Below are positions 26,848 through 35,835 of a stretch of DNA of 64,000 nt, piece after piece. Origin of the DNA: Bacteroidales bacterium (GTDB lineage: Bacteria > Bacteroidota > Bacteroidia > Bacteroidales > WCHB1-69); contig JAFXTS010000015.1 of assembly GCA_017535665.1 (NCBI GenBank), positions 9,462 through 73,461 of the forward strand, written 5' to 3'. Under the pieces are notes generated by a model that worked only from the letters and a program-made list of their open reading frames with translations, had not been told where the DNA came from and ran no database searches. Every line of letters begins with the position of its first letter. Position 1 is the stretch's first letter. The translations under genes were made by a program, and so were the position numbers.

Positions 26848-27366
26848 TTATGCTCTTTCTGACAAAGTTTTTACGATGCCAGCAAGTTTGCCACCACCCG
26901 ACTGAAGAGCGGAGATGACGTTCTTTGCGGGAGACTGCAACAGACCGACGATGTCGCCGATGAGTTCCTCTCTCGACTTGATGTTGCAAAGATTCTCTAA
27001 TTGGTCGTCACCAATGTAGGAAGCGCTTTCAATGAATGCGGCCTTTACAATGGGTTTTTTGTTCTTCGCACGGAAGTCCTTGATTAACTTAGCCGGTGCG
27101 TTACCCACGGTAGAGAGCATGATTGCGGTGCTGCCTTCCAATACCGGATAGATTTCCGAGTAGTCAGCTGCCGACTGGTCCATAGCGCGTTTCAGCAGGG
27201 TGTTTTTCACCACCTTCAGCTTGATCTCACGTTTGAAGCACTGTCTTCTCAGCTGGTTGACCATTTCAACGGTGAATCCGGAAATATCCGTTACATAAAC
27301 GTTCGGATAATTAGCTAAATCTTCAGCAATCGCTTCAATAATCTGAGCTTTTTGTTCTTGTTTCAT
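26848..27366 (-). CDS. rplJ: 50S ribosomal protein L10
   Basis: 172 aa, positioned between rplA and rplL, with L10-like sequence (LRRQCFKREIKLKVVKNTL). Confidence 0.95.
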   Translation of the reverse strand: MKQEQKAQIIEAIAEDLANYPNVYVTDISGFTVEMVNQLRRQCFKREIKLKVVKNTLLKRAMDQSAADYSEIYPVLEGSTAIMLSTVGNAPAKLIKDFRAKNKKPIVKAAFIESASYIGDDQLENLCNIKSREELIGDIVGLLQSPAKNVISALQSGGGKLAGIVKTLSERA

Positions 27367-27385
27367 ACTAATTTAGCTTTTTGGA

Positions 27386-28081
27386 TTAAATGGTAACCGA
27401 TTTAACATCGACTTGTACACCAGGACTCATGGTTGAGGAGATGTAAATGCTCTTGATGTAGGTTCCCTTTGCAGCGGACGGTTTCAACTTGATAATGGTT
27501 GCCATCATCTCGCGGGCGTTCTCCACCAGCTTGTCAGCGCTGAAGTTCACCTTGCCGATTCCGGTATGGATGATACCATATTTGTCAACCTTGAAGTCGA
27601 TCTTACCGGCCTTCACATCTGCAACCGCCTTGCCGATTTCCATCGTAACGGTACCGGCTTTCGGGTTCGGCATCAAGCCACGGGGACCCAAAATCTTACC
27701 CAGCGCACCAATCTTGGGCATCACGCTCGGCATGGTGATGATCACGTCCACGTCGGTCCAACCTTTCTTGATCTTATCAACGTATTCGTCCAAGCCTACG
27801 TAATCTGCGCCGGCAGCCTTTGCCTCTTCCTCCTTGTCAGGAGTACAAAGTACCAACACTCTCACCACCTTGCCAGTGCCGTGCGGGAGGGTCACAATAC
27901 CTCTCACCATCTGGTTGGCCTTACGAGGGTCAACACCCAGACGGACGTCAATATCGAAGGACGCATCAAATTTGGTGTAGGTGATGTCCTTGACGATATT
28001 TACGGCTTCTACCAACGGGTAAGCTTTGGTCTTATCAAACTTTGCAAAAGCCTCTTTGCGTTTTTTTGATATTTTAGCCAT
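27386..28081 (-). CDS. rplA: 50S ribosomal protein L1
   Basis: 231 aa with L1 motifs ([33 protein letters not shown]). Confidence 0.97.
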   Translation of the reverse strand: MAKISKKRKEAFAKFDKTKAYPLVEAVNIVKDITYTKFDASFDIDVRLGVDPRKANQMVRGIVTLPHGTGKVVRVLVLCTPDKEEEAKAAGADYVGLDEYVDKIKKGWTDVDVIITMPSVMPKIGALGKILGPRGLMPNPKAGTVTMEIGKAVADVKAGKIDFKVDKYGIIHTGIGKVNFSADKLVENAREMMATIIKLKPSAAKGTYIKSIYISSTMSPGVQVDVKSVTI

Positions 28082-28104
28082 TTTGTTTTACTTTACTTGA
28101 TTAA

Positions 28105-28554
28105 TTAATTTTTCTCAAAAGGATTCGTGCCACCCTTCACCACAATACCCATGCTGCGTGCGGTACCAGCTACCATCGACATGGCAGACTCAACCGTGAA
28201 GCAGTTCAGGTCGGGCATCTTGTCTTCGGCAATCGTCTTCACCTGGTCCCACGTGATCGTGGCTACCTTGTTGCGGTTAGGCTCTGCAGAGCCCTTCTGC
28301 GCCTTCGAGACTTCCTTCAGCTGCACAGCAACCGGAGGGGTCTTGATGATGAAGTCGAAAGACTTGTCCTTGTAAACAGTGATGATCACAGGAATGACCT
28401 TTCCGGCCTTGTCCTGCGTACGAGCATTGAACTGCTTACAGAACTCCATGATGTTCACACCCTTAGAACCCAATGCGGGGCCTACTGGCGGTGACGGATT
28501 GGCGGCACCTCCCTTGATTTGTAACTTAATAAGTCCAGCTACTTCTTTTGCCAT
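28105..28554 (-). CDS. rplK: 50S ribosomal protein L11
   Basis: 149 aa. [21 protein letters not shown] is the L11 signature. Confidence 0.97.
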   Translation of the reverse strand: MAKEVAGLIKLQIKGGAANPSPPVGPALGSKGVNIMEFCKQFNARTQDKAGKVIPVIITVYKDKSFDFIIKTPPVAVQLKEVSKAQKGSAEPNRNKVATITWDQVKTIAEDKMPDLNCFTVESAMSMVAGTARSMGIVVKGGTNPFEKN

Positions 28555-28598
28555 TTTTTAACTTTTTTTAATTTGTGTAACAATTTGTCGCCGGCAAA

Positions 28599-29150
28599 CT
28601 ACAGCTTCTCAACCTGCATAAAACTTAATTCGAGAGGAGTTTTACGGCCGAAGATCTTCACCATGACCTTCAGCTTCTTCTTCTCGGCGTTGATCTCTTC
28701 GATCACACCGTTGAAGGTGTTGAATGGGCCGTCCACCACTTTCACTTCCTCACCAATCATGAAGGGGGGAGCAAAGGTCTCGTCTTGCTCAAGCAATTCG
28801 TCAACCTTCCCTAACATTCTGGTGACTTCTGCAGGGCGCAAAGGAGTCGGCGTGTCTGTCTTGTGCTTGCAACCTACAAAGCCCAAAACGCCCGGAATGC
28901 TCAACAAAAGATGCAACACGTCCGTCAGGTTCATGACTTCCACGAAGACATAACCCGGGAAGTAGGTCGTCTCTTTGCTGATTTTCTTTCCGTTGCGGAT
29001 CTGATAAACTTTCTCGGTCGGAATCAGAATGTTCGTGACAAAGTCCCGCAAATGTGAATTAGAAATCTCATTCTCGATGTTCTGCTTCACCTTCTTCTCG
29101 GTGCCCGTCACAACTCTGATGACATACCACTTTCTCTCAATTTCTGCCAT
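28599..29150 (-). CDS. nusG: transcription termination/antitermination factor NusG
   Basis: 183 aa. NGN domain (KWYVIRVVTGTEKKV, FPGYVFVEV) and KOW domain (GEEVKVVDGPFNTFNGVIEEI). Confidence 0.96.
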   Translation of the reverse strand: MAEIERKWYVIRVVTGTEKKVKQNIENEISNSHLRDFVTNILIPTEKVYQIRNGKKISKETTYFPGYVFVEVMNLTDVLHLLLSIPGVLGFVGCKHKTDTPTPLRPAEVTRMLGKVDELLEQDETFAPPFMIGEEVKVVDGPFNTFNGVIEEINAEKKKLKVMVKIFGRKTPLELSFMQVEKL

Positions 29151-29195
29151 ACAGCCAAAGTGTTTACGATAAATTTGCCAACTAATTATTCAACT

Positions 29196-29396
29196 CTACG
29201 AAAGAGGAGGGAACATGAACGGAAGGCCCATGAACCATGAAAAAAAGACATCCATCAACCATACGATTAACGCAATGATTAGGGAAGCAATGGATACTAC
29301 AACAACGCTGCTCTGCAGGTCATCAGCCGACGGCCACGTTACCTTGTTTACCAGCTCGTCGTACGTCTCTCTTAAATATCTACCTAACTTTCTCAT
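29196..29396 (-). CDS. secE: preprotein translocase subunit SecE
   Basis: 66 aa, single TM helix, YLRETYDELVNKVTWPS motif, located immediately upstream of nusG. Confidence 0.9.
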   Translation of the reverse strand: MRKLGRYLRETYDELVNKVTWPSADDLQSSVVVVSIASLIIALIVWLMDVFFSWFMGLPFMFPPLS

Positions 29397-29699
29397 GTTT
29401 GAATAATTTTTCGTTTTTAATCAATTTTGGAAGTTTTGGAAGTCAATTTTTACATTTTCATCGTCAAGTCTTATGAATTTTCGTGGCTTAAGAGAGTATG
29501 CCAACCTCCTTATAAAGAGTAATTTACAAGGTCTGGTTTGCTTCATAACTCCCCTCCGCACACTATACTTCAATAAGCTGGCAAATATACATTTTTTTTC
29601 GCTTCTGTACACCTGTTGAAAAAAAATGATAAAAAATTTTTTATTTTTCGATTTTTTTACAATAAACCATACCCCACCTTGTAATTGATTTTTTTCATG

Positions 29700-29707
29700 T
29701 AATTTTG
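29700..29707 (+). promoter_or_regulatory. -7 promoter motif TAATTTTG (PNP gene)
   Basis: Matches TAnnTTTG, 33 nt upstream of ATG 29740. Confidence 0.45.
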
Positions 29708-29739
29708 CACTCTTTTACTTGACCATATATTATAAAGGT

Positions 29740-30558
29740 ATGTTAGACATCGAAAAAATTAAAGAAAGCGCCCGGTTCATCCAACAAAACATCCCCTCCT
29801 GCCCCAAAATCGCCATCGTGCTCGGCTCCGGCCTCGGCGGCCTCGTGGAGGAAATCCAAAATAAAAAGGAAATCAACTACAAAGATATTCCCAACTTCCC
29901 CGTCTCCACCGTACAGGGCCACCGCGGCACCCTCATCTTCGGCACCCTCAACGGCACCCCCGTCCTCGTTATGAGCGGCCGCTTCCACTACTACGAGGGC
30001 TACTCGATGCAAACCCTCACCTTCCCCATCCAGGTGTTCAGCCAACTCGGCATCAAAAAACTCATCCTCTCCAACGCCGCCGGCGGCCTCAACCCCTCCT
30101 TCGACATCGCCGACATCATGATCATCACCGACCATATCAACTTCATGGCCAACAACCCCCTGCTCGGTCCCAACAACGACCAACTCGGTCCCCGCTTCCC
30201 CGACATGAGCGAAGCCTACTCGCGCCGCATGGTGAAACTGGCAAAGAAGGTGGCCGAACAACATAATATCAAACTGCAACACGGCATCTATATCGGCGTT
30301 ACCGGTCCCTGCTACGAAACACCCGCCGAATACCACGCCTTCCACATCCTCGGCGCCGACGCCGTGGGCATGTCCACCGTGCCCGAAACCATCATGGCCC
30401 GCTACCTCGGTATGGAGGTGTTCGCCCTCTCGGTCATCACCGACCTCGGCGTGCTCGGACAAATCGAAAAGGCCTCCCATGAGGAGGTGCTCAACGCCGC
30501 CCACAAGGCCGAACCCAACATGATCAAGCTCGTCAAAGAGCTCGTGCCTCAGCTGTAA
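29740..30558 (+). CDS. purine nucleoside phosphorylase (trimeric PNP/PunA type)
   Basis: GSGLG, GRFHYYEGY and GADAVGMSTVPE motifs. The start was trimmed from the track TTG at 29719 to ATG 29740, downstream of TAATTTTG (29700-29707). Confidence 0.88.
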   Translation: MLDIEKIKESARFIQQNIPSCPKIAIVLGSGLGGLVEEIQNKKEINYKDIPNFPVSTVQGHRGTLIFGTLNGTPVLVMSGRFHYYEGYSMQTLTFPIQVFSQLGIKKLILSNAAGGLNPSFDIADIMIITDHINFMANNPLLGPNNDQLGPRFPDMSEAYSRRMVKLAKKVAEQHNIKLQHGIYIGVTGPCYETPAEYHAFHILGADAVGMSTVPETIMARYLGMEVFALSVITDLGVLGQIEKASHEEVLNAAHKAEPNMIKLVKELVPQL

Positions 30559-30977
30559 ACCCGCAACCGCCGGCCGTCATAGCTGGTGTGATACATCTTT
30601 AATGGGTACTGCGACGGCCCGTCAATCATCGAGCCATCCAATATGTTGAACCGTGAACCACAATGCTGGTCCACAATCATCAATCCGCTCTCATCTACTT
30701 CCAACCATGCCTTCGGATCTTCCCAGTCGTACGGACACGCCCGGTCGTAAGCCACAAATGTGGTCATGTCGATCCGATAAACGATGATGCCGGCCACGCC
30801 ACCCGTGAAATACTCGTATCCGCCAATGTAATTCAAATTCTGATAGTTCACATTATCGGGATAAATCGTGAAGTTGACATGCACATTGGGAATCGTGGAA
30901 TGCTCGTAGCCGTTGCAACGCATGAATAGCGCCGACAACACCAGCACAGCAAGGGTCAGATGAATGATTTTTTTCAT
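30549..30977 (-). CDS. hypothetical lipoprotein, Rieske-fold-like but lacking the His ligands
   Basis: Signal/lipobox LSALFMRC. ACPYDW...(22 aa)...HCGSRFNILDG aligns by eye with Rieske CPH...CPxHGxxF, with Tyr and Ser in place of the two His residues. Confidence 0.45.
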   Translation of the reverse strand: MKKIIHLTLAVLVLSALFMRCNGYEHSTIPNVHVNFTIYPDNVNYQNLNYIGGYEYFTGGVAGIIVYRIDMTTFVAYDRACPYDWEDPKAWLEVDESGLMIVDQHCGSRFNILDGSMIDGPSQYPLKMYHTSYDGRRLRVYS

Positions 30978-31001
30978 ACTATATTATATATAGGTGTACT
31001 T

Positions 31002-31598
31002 CTATTCTTCTTTTACCTTCTCAGCTTTCACACTCAATGATTGAATGCCCGTGAAGGAAAACCTTCCATGCCCCGGCGCCATCTCCACCTTGAAACGCGC
31101 CTCCCCAGTAGAGGAGAACTTCATCCCGGGGAAAACGCGGCGGGTGTTCCTCTTCAAAACACGACCATCCTCTTTGCCAATTTCCTTGGTTTGCACAGTA
31201 TCGTTGAAAATCAACTTGTACTGCTGCGTACGCCGGCTGGCCGAATCGGGCGAGATGGCCGTCACCACAAACAGACAGTCGGCCACATCCACATCGTCAT
31301 AGTAATCGGTCACCAAAGTGATGTCGTACGTGGCCTCCGCATCGGGAATTTGTCCCTTCAGCCAAACTTCGGGATGCAAGATGATGTCATCGTTGGGCAA
31401 AATCTCTTTGCTGGGTTTGAACGTGTTGTTGGGGAAAACATACGTGTTGACAAAGCCATCGGCAGCCGCCACCTTCAGTTCTGCCTCCGGCGACTGCTCC
31501 TTTGACTTTCCACCATCTTTTGTTTTACAAGATATTACTAATACACTTATTGTCAATAAAATAGAAATAATCGAATAAAAAGTCAGATTTTTTTTCAT
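31002..31598 (-). CDS. hypothetical lipoprotein
   Basis: MKKNLTFYSIISILLTISVLVISCK lipoprotein signal. No family recognised. The track start at 31643 was trimmed to this ATG. Confidence 0.55.
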   Translation of the reverse strand: MKKNLTFYSIISILLTISVLVISCKTKDGGKSKEQSPEAELKVAAADGFVNTYVFPNNTFKPSKEILPNDDIILHPEVWLKGQIPDAEATYDITLVTDYYDDVDVADCLFVVTAISPDSASRRTQQYKLIFNDTVQTKEIGKEDGRVLKRNTRRVFPGMKFSSTGEARFKVEMAPGHGRFSFTGIQSLSVKAEKVKEE

Positions 31599-31720
31599 CT
31601 TCCGAATTTTTGAGTTTGGATTTTTAATACTTTCGCATTCCAATTTGGCTGCAAAATTACATTAAATTTTATAAACACGAACTATCTGTCATTCTATATA
31701 TTAACTAAATCTCATATTCG

Positions 31721-32356
31721 ATGAAAGTGAAAAAATATTACGTGGTTTGGAACGGGCGCATCCCGGGAATTTACGAATCGTGGAACGAATGTAAGGCGCA
31801 AGTCGATGGTTTCGAGAACGCCAAGTACAAGAGTTTCGAGAGTTTGTCGGAAGCCCACAAACAGTACCGAGCGGGTTACGAAAACTACTGGAAAAACCAC
31901 CCGGTGATTCCCAAAACTCCGCCCCAATTAGATTCCGATGAGGTTACCCCGCCCATCTGGGAGAGCATCGCGGTGGATGCGGCCTGCAACATGGCCACCC
32001 GCGTCATGGAGTACCGAGGCGTGGACACGCGCAGCGGCAAGGAGATCTTTCATGTGGGCCCCTTCCAGAACGCCACCAACAACATGGGCGAATTTCTCGC
32101 TCTCGTACACGGACTCGCCTACCTCAAACAGAAAGGCAGCAACATCCCCATCTACTCCGACAGCATCACCGCCATTGCGTGGGTGAGACAGAAAAAACAC
32201 AAGTCCACCATCAAACCTACTGCCGAAAACGCAAGATTGTTTGACTTACTCACAAGGGCTGAAAATTGGCTGAAAACCAACACTTTCACCAATCCCATCC
32301 TCAAATGGAACACGCCAGTATGGGGCGAAATCCCCGCCGACTTCGGACGAAAGTAA
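31721..32356 (+). CDS. rnhA: ribonuclease HI with N-terminal hybrid-binding (viroplasmin-like) domain
   Basis: The N-terminal KKYYVVWNGRIPGIYESWNECKAQVDGFENAKYKSFES is the RNase H1 HBD. The catalytic D/E/D contexts are present: IAVDAAC, MGEFLALVHGL and IYSDS. Confidence 0.85.
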   Translation: MKVKKYYVVWNGRIPGIYESWNECKAQVDGFENAKYKSFESLSEAHKQYRAGYENYWKNHPVIPKTPPQLDSDEVTPPIWESIAVDAACNMATRVMEYRGVDTRSGKEIFHVGPFQNATNNMGEFLALVHGLAYLKQKGSNIPIYSDSITAIAWVRQKKHKSTIKPTAENARLFDLLTRAENWLKTNTFTNPILKWNTPVWGEIPADFGRK

Positions 32357-32372
32357 AGGTTTTAAAACACCG

Positions 32373-32396
32373 ACGCACTCCTTTTCAGGAGTGCGC
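32373..32396 (-). terminator. hairpin terminator downstream of prs (between convergent rnhA and prs)
   Basis: CGCACTCC-ttttca-GGAGTGCG stem. On the minus strand it is followed by GGTGTTTTAAAA. Confidence 0.5.
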
Positions 32397-32420
32397 CAGC
32401 ATCAACAAACAAAAAACATC

Positions 32421-33365
32421 TTATATGTTTCCCACCTCAAAATGAGAAGCAATCGAGGTATGATCCATCACGCTCCGAATCACGTCTGAAACCAACGGTG
32501 CAATAGAAAGCACCTCCACCTTGTCAGAGGGCCGTTTCAGCGGAATGGTGTCGGTAACAATAATTTTGTCCAAAGAGGATTCCTCCAAGCGATCCAGCGC
32601 ATTACCGGAAAGTAGCGCGTGGGTACACATGGCATAAACTTTCTGCGCGCCAAGAGCTTTCACTCTATCGGCAGCCTTGCAAAGCGTGCCGCCCGTATCC
32701 ATGATATCATCCAACAAAATCACATTTTTACCTTCCACATTACCAATAATTTGCAGAGCTGCCACCTCGTTGGCTTTCACACGCTGCTTGAAACCGATGG
32801 CAAAATCGCAGTCGAGGGCCTTTGCGTAGGTAGAAGCACGCTTGGTACCACCCGTGTCAGGAGAAACGATGCAGAGATTATCCCAGTTCAACCCACGGAT
32901 GTAGGGCAAGAAAACGGTGGAAGCATACAAATGATCAACGGGAACTTCAAAGAAGCCTTGAATCTGGTCGGCATGCAAATCCATGGTGATCAGACGGTTG
33001 ATACCGGCAGCGGTCAAGAGGTTGGCCATTAATTTGGCACCAATGGAGGTTCTCGGCTTGTCTTTACGGTCTTGACGAGAATAACCATAATAAGGTACCA
33101 CCGCCACAATCTCGGCTGCTGATGCGCGTTTGGCGGCATCAATCAAAATGAGCAGTTCGAGAACATTTTCCGCTGGGGAGAAAGTAGGCTGGATGATGAA
33201 AACATGACGGCCACGGATGGTTTCATTGTAGTATGCCTGAATTTCACCATCCTTAAATTGTACGATTTCTTCATCTAAAAGAGAGGTTCCTAAATTCTTG
33301 GCAATCTTTTCGGCCAATTCACGGTTTGAACGTCCAGTAACCAATGCGATGTCGCTTGTATTCAT
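32421..33365 (-). CDS. prs: ribose-phosphate pyrophosphokinase
   Basis: PRPP synthetase motifs (YYGYSRQDRK, DLHADQIQGFF, VSPDTGGTKRA, ILLDDIMDTGGT). The start was trimmed to MNTSDIAL (ATG 33365). Confidence 0.95.
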   Translation of the reverse strand: MNTSDIALVTGRSNRELAEKIAKNLGTSLLDEEIVQFKDGEIQAYYNETIRGRHVFIIQPTFSPAENVLELLILIDAAKRASAAEIVAVVPYYGYSRQDRKDKPRTSIGAKLMANLLTAAGINRLITMDLHADQIQGFFEVPVDHLYASTVFLPYIRGLNWDNLCIVSPDTGGTKRASTYAKALDCDFAIGFKQRVKANEVAALQIIGNVEGKNVILLDDIMDTGGTLCKAADRVKALGAQKVYAMCTHALLSGNALDRLEESSLDKIIVTDTIPLKRPSDKVEVLSIAPLVSDVIRSVMDHTSIASHFEVGNI

Positions 33366-33409
33366 AATGTATTGATTTTGTGATATTAAATTCTCCAACA
33401 GCGGTGGTG

Positions 33410-33417
33410 CAAAAATA
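33410..33417 (-). promoter_or_regulatory. -7 promoter motif TATTTTTG (prs)
   Basis: The minus-strand sequence matches TAnnTTTG, about 45 nt upstream of ATG 33365. Confidence 0.45.
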
Positions 33418-33462
33418 AATGATTTTTCTGAAGTATATTCGCTTTTTTTGAAAATAATCTTG

Positions 33463-33470
33463 TAATTTTG
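33463..33470 (+). promoter_or_regulatory. -7 promoter motif TAATTTTG (DUF4296-folA); predicts a leaderless mRNA
   Basis: Matches TAnnTTTG. ATG 33476 begins only 5 nt after the motif. Confidence 0.45.
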
Positions 33471-33475
33471 CGGCC

Positions 33476-33964
33476 ATGAAGAAAATCGCCCTCATATCGC
33501 TTGCAATTGCTGCCGTTGTGTTCGTTTCCTGCGGCCATTCCACCGCCCGATTACAGAAAAAACCCGCTAATCTGATTCCCAAAGATACGATGGTGGTGAT
33601 GATTGCCGAACAACTTATCTACGAAGCCACCCTCGACTTTGTCAAGCAGGAAATTGAACGTGAAGATACCACCCTCTGCCAACAGGTGAATACCTTGGTG
33701 GAAGGTGAAGTCATCACCCTCGACTCACTGAAGATGGGCTCCATGCACGTGCTGTCGAAACTCTCAGGTAACTATTACGGTCCTTGGCTCAACAAAAGGG
33801 GTTACACCTTTGAGCAGTACGAAGAATCGCTCATCTACTACTTCAACACTTCCGAAACTACTCAAGATATTATGAGCCAGGTGAAAGATTACATCACCAA
33901 AAAGTACGGCGGGCTCATCCCGCCCCCAACGCCCAGCCCCGAAATGCCTCATACACCATTATGA
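33476..33964 (+). CDS. DUF4296 domain lipoprotein
   Basis: Lipobox VFVSCG, then KPANLIPKDTMVVMIAEQLIYEA, which is typical of DUF4296 as I recall it. Confidence 0.6.
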   Translation: MKKIALISLAIAAVVFVSCGHSTARLQKKPANLIPKDTMVVMIAEQLIYEATLDFVKQEIEREDTTLCQQVNTLVEGEVITLDSLKMGSMHVLSKLSGNYYGPWLNKRGYTFEQYEESLIYYFNTSETTQDIMSQVKDYITKKYGGLIPPPTPSPEMPHTPL

Positions 33965-34461
33965 TAAAATTTAGCTTTAGCATCATCGTAGCCGCCGGAC
34001 AAAACGGCGAAATCGGCCTCAACAACCAACTACTCTGCCACCTTCCGGCAGACTTGCGCCGCTTCAAGGAACTCACTACCGGTCACCCCATCGTGATGGG
34101 CCGAAAGACATGGGAATCTCTTCCCATCAAACCCCTCCCCAACCGAACCAACATCGTACTAAGCCGAAATTTGGCATTATCTATCCCAGAAGCCACCGTT
34201 GTTCACACTCTAGAAGAAGTGGGTAAAATCATTGATAATGAGGAAGAAGTGTTTATCATTGGCGGTGAAAAGGTATATCGCGACAGCATTGATTTTGCCC
34301 ATACCCTCTACCTCACCCGCATCGAACACGCCTTCACCGCGGATGCCTATTTTCCCGCTATTGATGAAAAAAAATGGCAGATGGTGGAAGATGTTTTTCG
34401 CGCCAGCGATGAAAAAAATCAATACGATATGCGCTTCCAGAAATGGGTTAGAAAGGCGTAA
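33961..34461 (+). CDS. folA: dihydrofolate reductase
   Basis: IVAAGQNGEIGLNNQLLCHLPADLRRFKELTTGHPIVMGRKTWESLP is canonical DHFR. ATGA overlap with the upstream gene. Confidence 0.93.
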   Translation: MIKFSFSIIVAAGQNGEIGLNNQLLCHLPADLRRFKELTTGHPIVMGRKTWESLPIKPLPNRTNIVLSRNLALSIPEATVVHTLEEVGKIIDNEEEVFIIGGEKVYRDSIDFAHTLYLTRIEHAFTADAYFPAIDEKKWQMVEDVFRASDEKNQYDMRFQKWVRKA

Positions 34462-34990
34462 CAAACTCCTTTAAGGTAGGCCCTACACTATCTTTTTCCG
34501 ACAAAATAGGTTGCTCCACCCCCCACTCCACATGGATGTCGGGGTCGTTGTAAATGATATTTCCCTCGGATGCTTTGTTATAAAAGTTGGAACATTTGTA
34601 TGCAAAGATGGTCTGGTCTTCCAATACCGAAAACCCATGCGCAAATCCTTCTGGGATAAAGAGTTGATGATGATTTTCTCCCGTCAGCAAAGCCGAAACA
34701 TATTGTCCGTAAGTGACACTTCCCGCCCGGAGGTCAACCGCCACATCCAATACCGCACCCTGCACCACACTCACTAACTTCGCCTGGGCATACGGCGGCC
34801 GCTGGAAATGAAGTCCCCGCACTACGTTTTTCTGCGAAAAGGATTGGTTGTCCTGTACAAACCGTACGTTGATGCCAGCAGCCCTGTACCTTTCCTCGTT
34901 ATAGGTCTCGTAAAACCAACCTCTTGCATCTCCAAATATTTGAGGCTTAATTAGTTTCACCCCCTCAATGGGCATCTCTATTACTTCCAT
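34448..34990 (-). CDS. rfbC: dTDP-4-dehydrorhamnose 3,5-epimerase
   Basis: FGDARGWFYETY, RGLHFQ and HGFSVLED motifs. 180 aa. Confidence 0.93.
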   Translation of the reverse strand: MEVIEMPIEGVKLIKPQIFGDARGWFYETYNEERYRAAGINVRFVQDNQSFSQKNVVRGLHFQRPPYAQAKLVSVVQGAVLDVAVDLRAGSVTYGQYVSALLTGENHHQLFIPEGFAHGFSVLEDQTIFAYKCSNFYNKASEGNIIYNDPDIHVEWGVEQPILSEKDSVGPTLKEFVTPF

Positions 34991-35004
34991 TTTTCTCTCT
35001 TTTT

Positions 35005-35778
35005 TTACTCAAAAACCTTGGCCTCTATGCCAATTTTTTTCACACGCTCGGCGATTTTTTCCAACTCGGGCTGGTGTACCTTCACCAACTGCTTCGCAGG
35101 CGTCTCCCGATCCAGCGAGTACAACACCACCTTCCGGGGCTTTACCTCCTCCAAGACCTTCAACCACGCCGCCACGTTCTCTTCGGCCGTGTTGTCGAAT
35201 TTCACTCCGTCGATTTCCCCTTTCAAGAACATGCTCTGCATCACGAAATTACCGTTGAAAGCCCGCATGCCTTCCACTGTGTCTTTCATCGTCACAGGAA
35301 TGGTGGGACGGTTGATGAGCTGGTACAGCTCCGGCAGCCCAGCATCCAATTTCAACATCGGGTTCTCAATCTTCAACAACGCCTCCCGCACCTTCACATC
35401 CTGCAACTTTGTGGCATTTGATAAGCAAGTGATGATGGCTGTGGGATAATATTTATCTCTGAGTACCAGTAAGTTATCAATAATCTCGCCAAATTGTGGA
35501 TGCAAGGTGGATTCGCCATTGCCCGAAAAGGTGATACTGTCGATGTGGGTGCCTTCCGCCTGGCAACTCTGCAACTTTTTTTCAATTGCCTGCGCTACTA
35601 TGTCGGCGGTGGCATAGTGCGTAGAGGTGATGTCCTTCTCCAACGTCCAGCCGCACTCACAATAGATGCAGTCGAACGAACAAATTTTCACATCCGTGGG
35701 CGAAATGTTGATGCCCAACGAACTGCCGAGCCGGCGACTATGAATAGGTCCAAAAGCGATACTTTCCCAAAGAAACAT
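35005..35778 (-). CDS. radical SAM protein, function unknown
   Basis: FGPIHSRRLGSSLGINISPTDVKICSFDCIYCECGW carries the CxxxCxxC cluster motif. 257 aa. Confidence 0.75.
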   Translation of the reverse strand: MFLWESIAFGPIHSRRLGSSLGINISPTDVKICSFDCIYCECGWTLEKDITSTHYATADIVAQAIEKKLQSCQAEGTHIDSITFSGNGESTLHPQFGEIIDNLLVLRDKYYPTAIITCLSNATKLQDVKVREALLKIENPMLKLDAGLPELYQLINRPTIPVTMKDTVEGMRAFNGNFVMQSMFLKGEIDGVKFDNTAEENVAAWLKVLEEVKPRKVVLYSLDRETPAKQLVKVHQPELEKIAERVKKIGIEAKVFE

Positions 35779-35835
35779 TTTTGATCTAATTTTAAATGAC
35801 GAAAAATAACGATGGTTTTTCTCTAATATTGTAGT

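Noticed and set aside
29421-29612. 63-aa minus-strand ORF upstream of secE. I considered a small ribosomal protein such as L33, which precedes secE in some phyla.
   Set aside because: It has no similarity to L33 or any other ribosomal protein I can recall. It lies in an A/T-tract-rich promoter region, and its start would lie upstream of the only plausible promoter motif.
29397-29739. The tRNA-Trp (and tuf) expected upstream of secE.
   Set aside because: I scanned both strands for T-arm/T-loop signatures and cloverleaf potential and found none.
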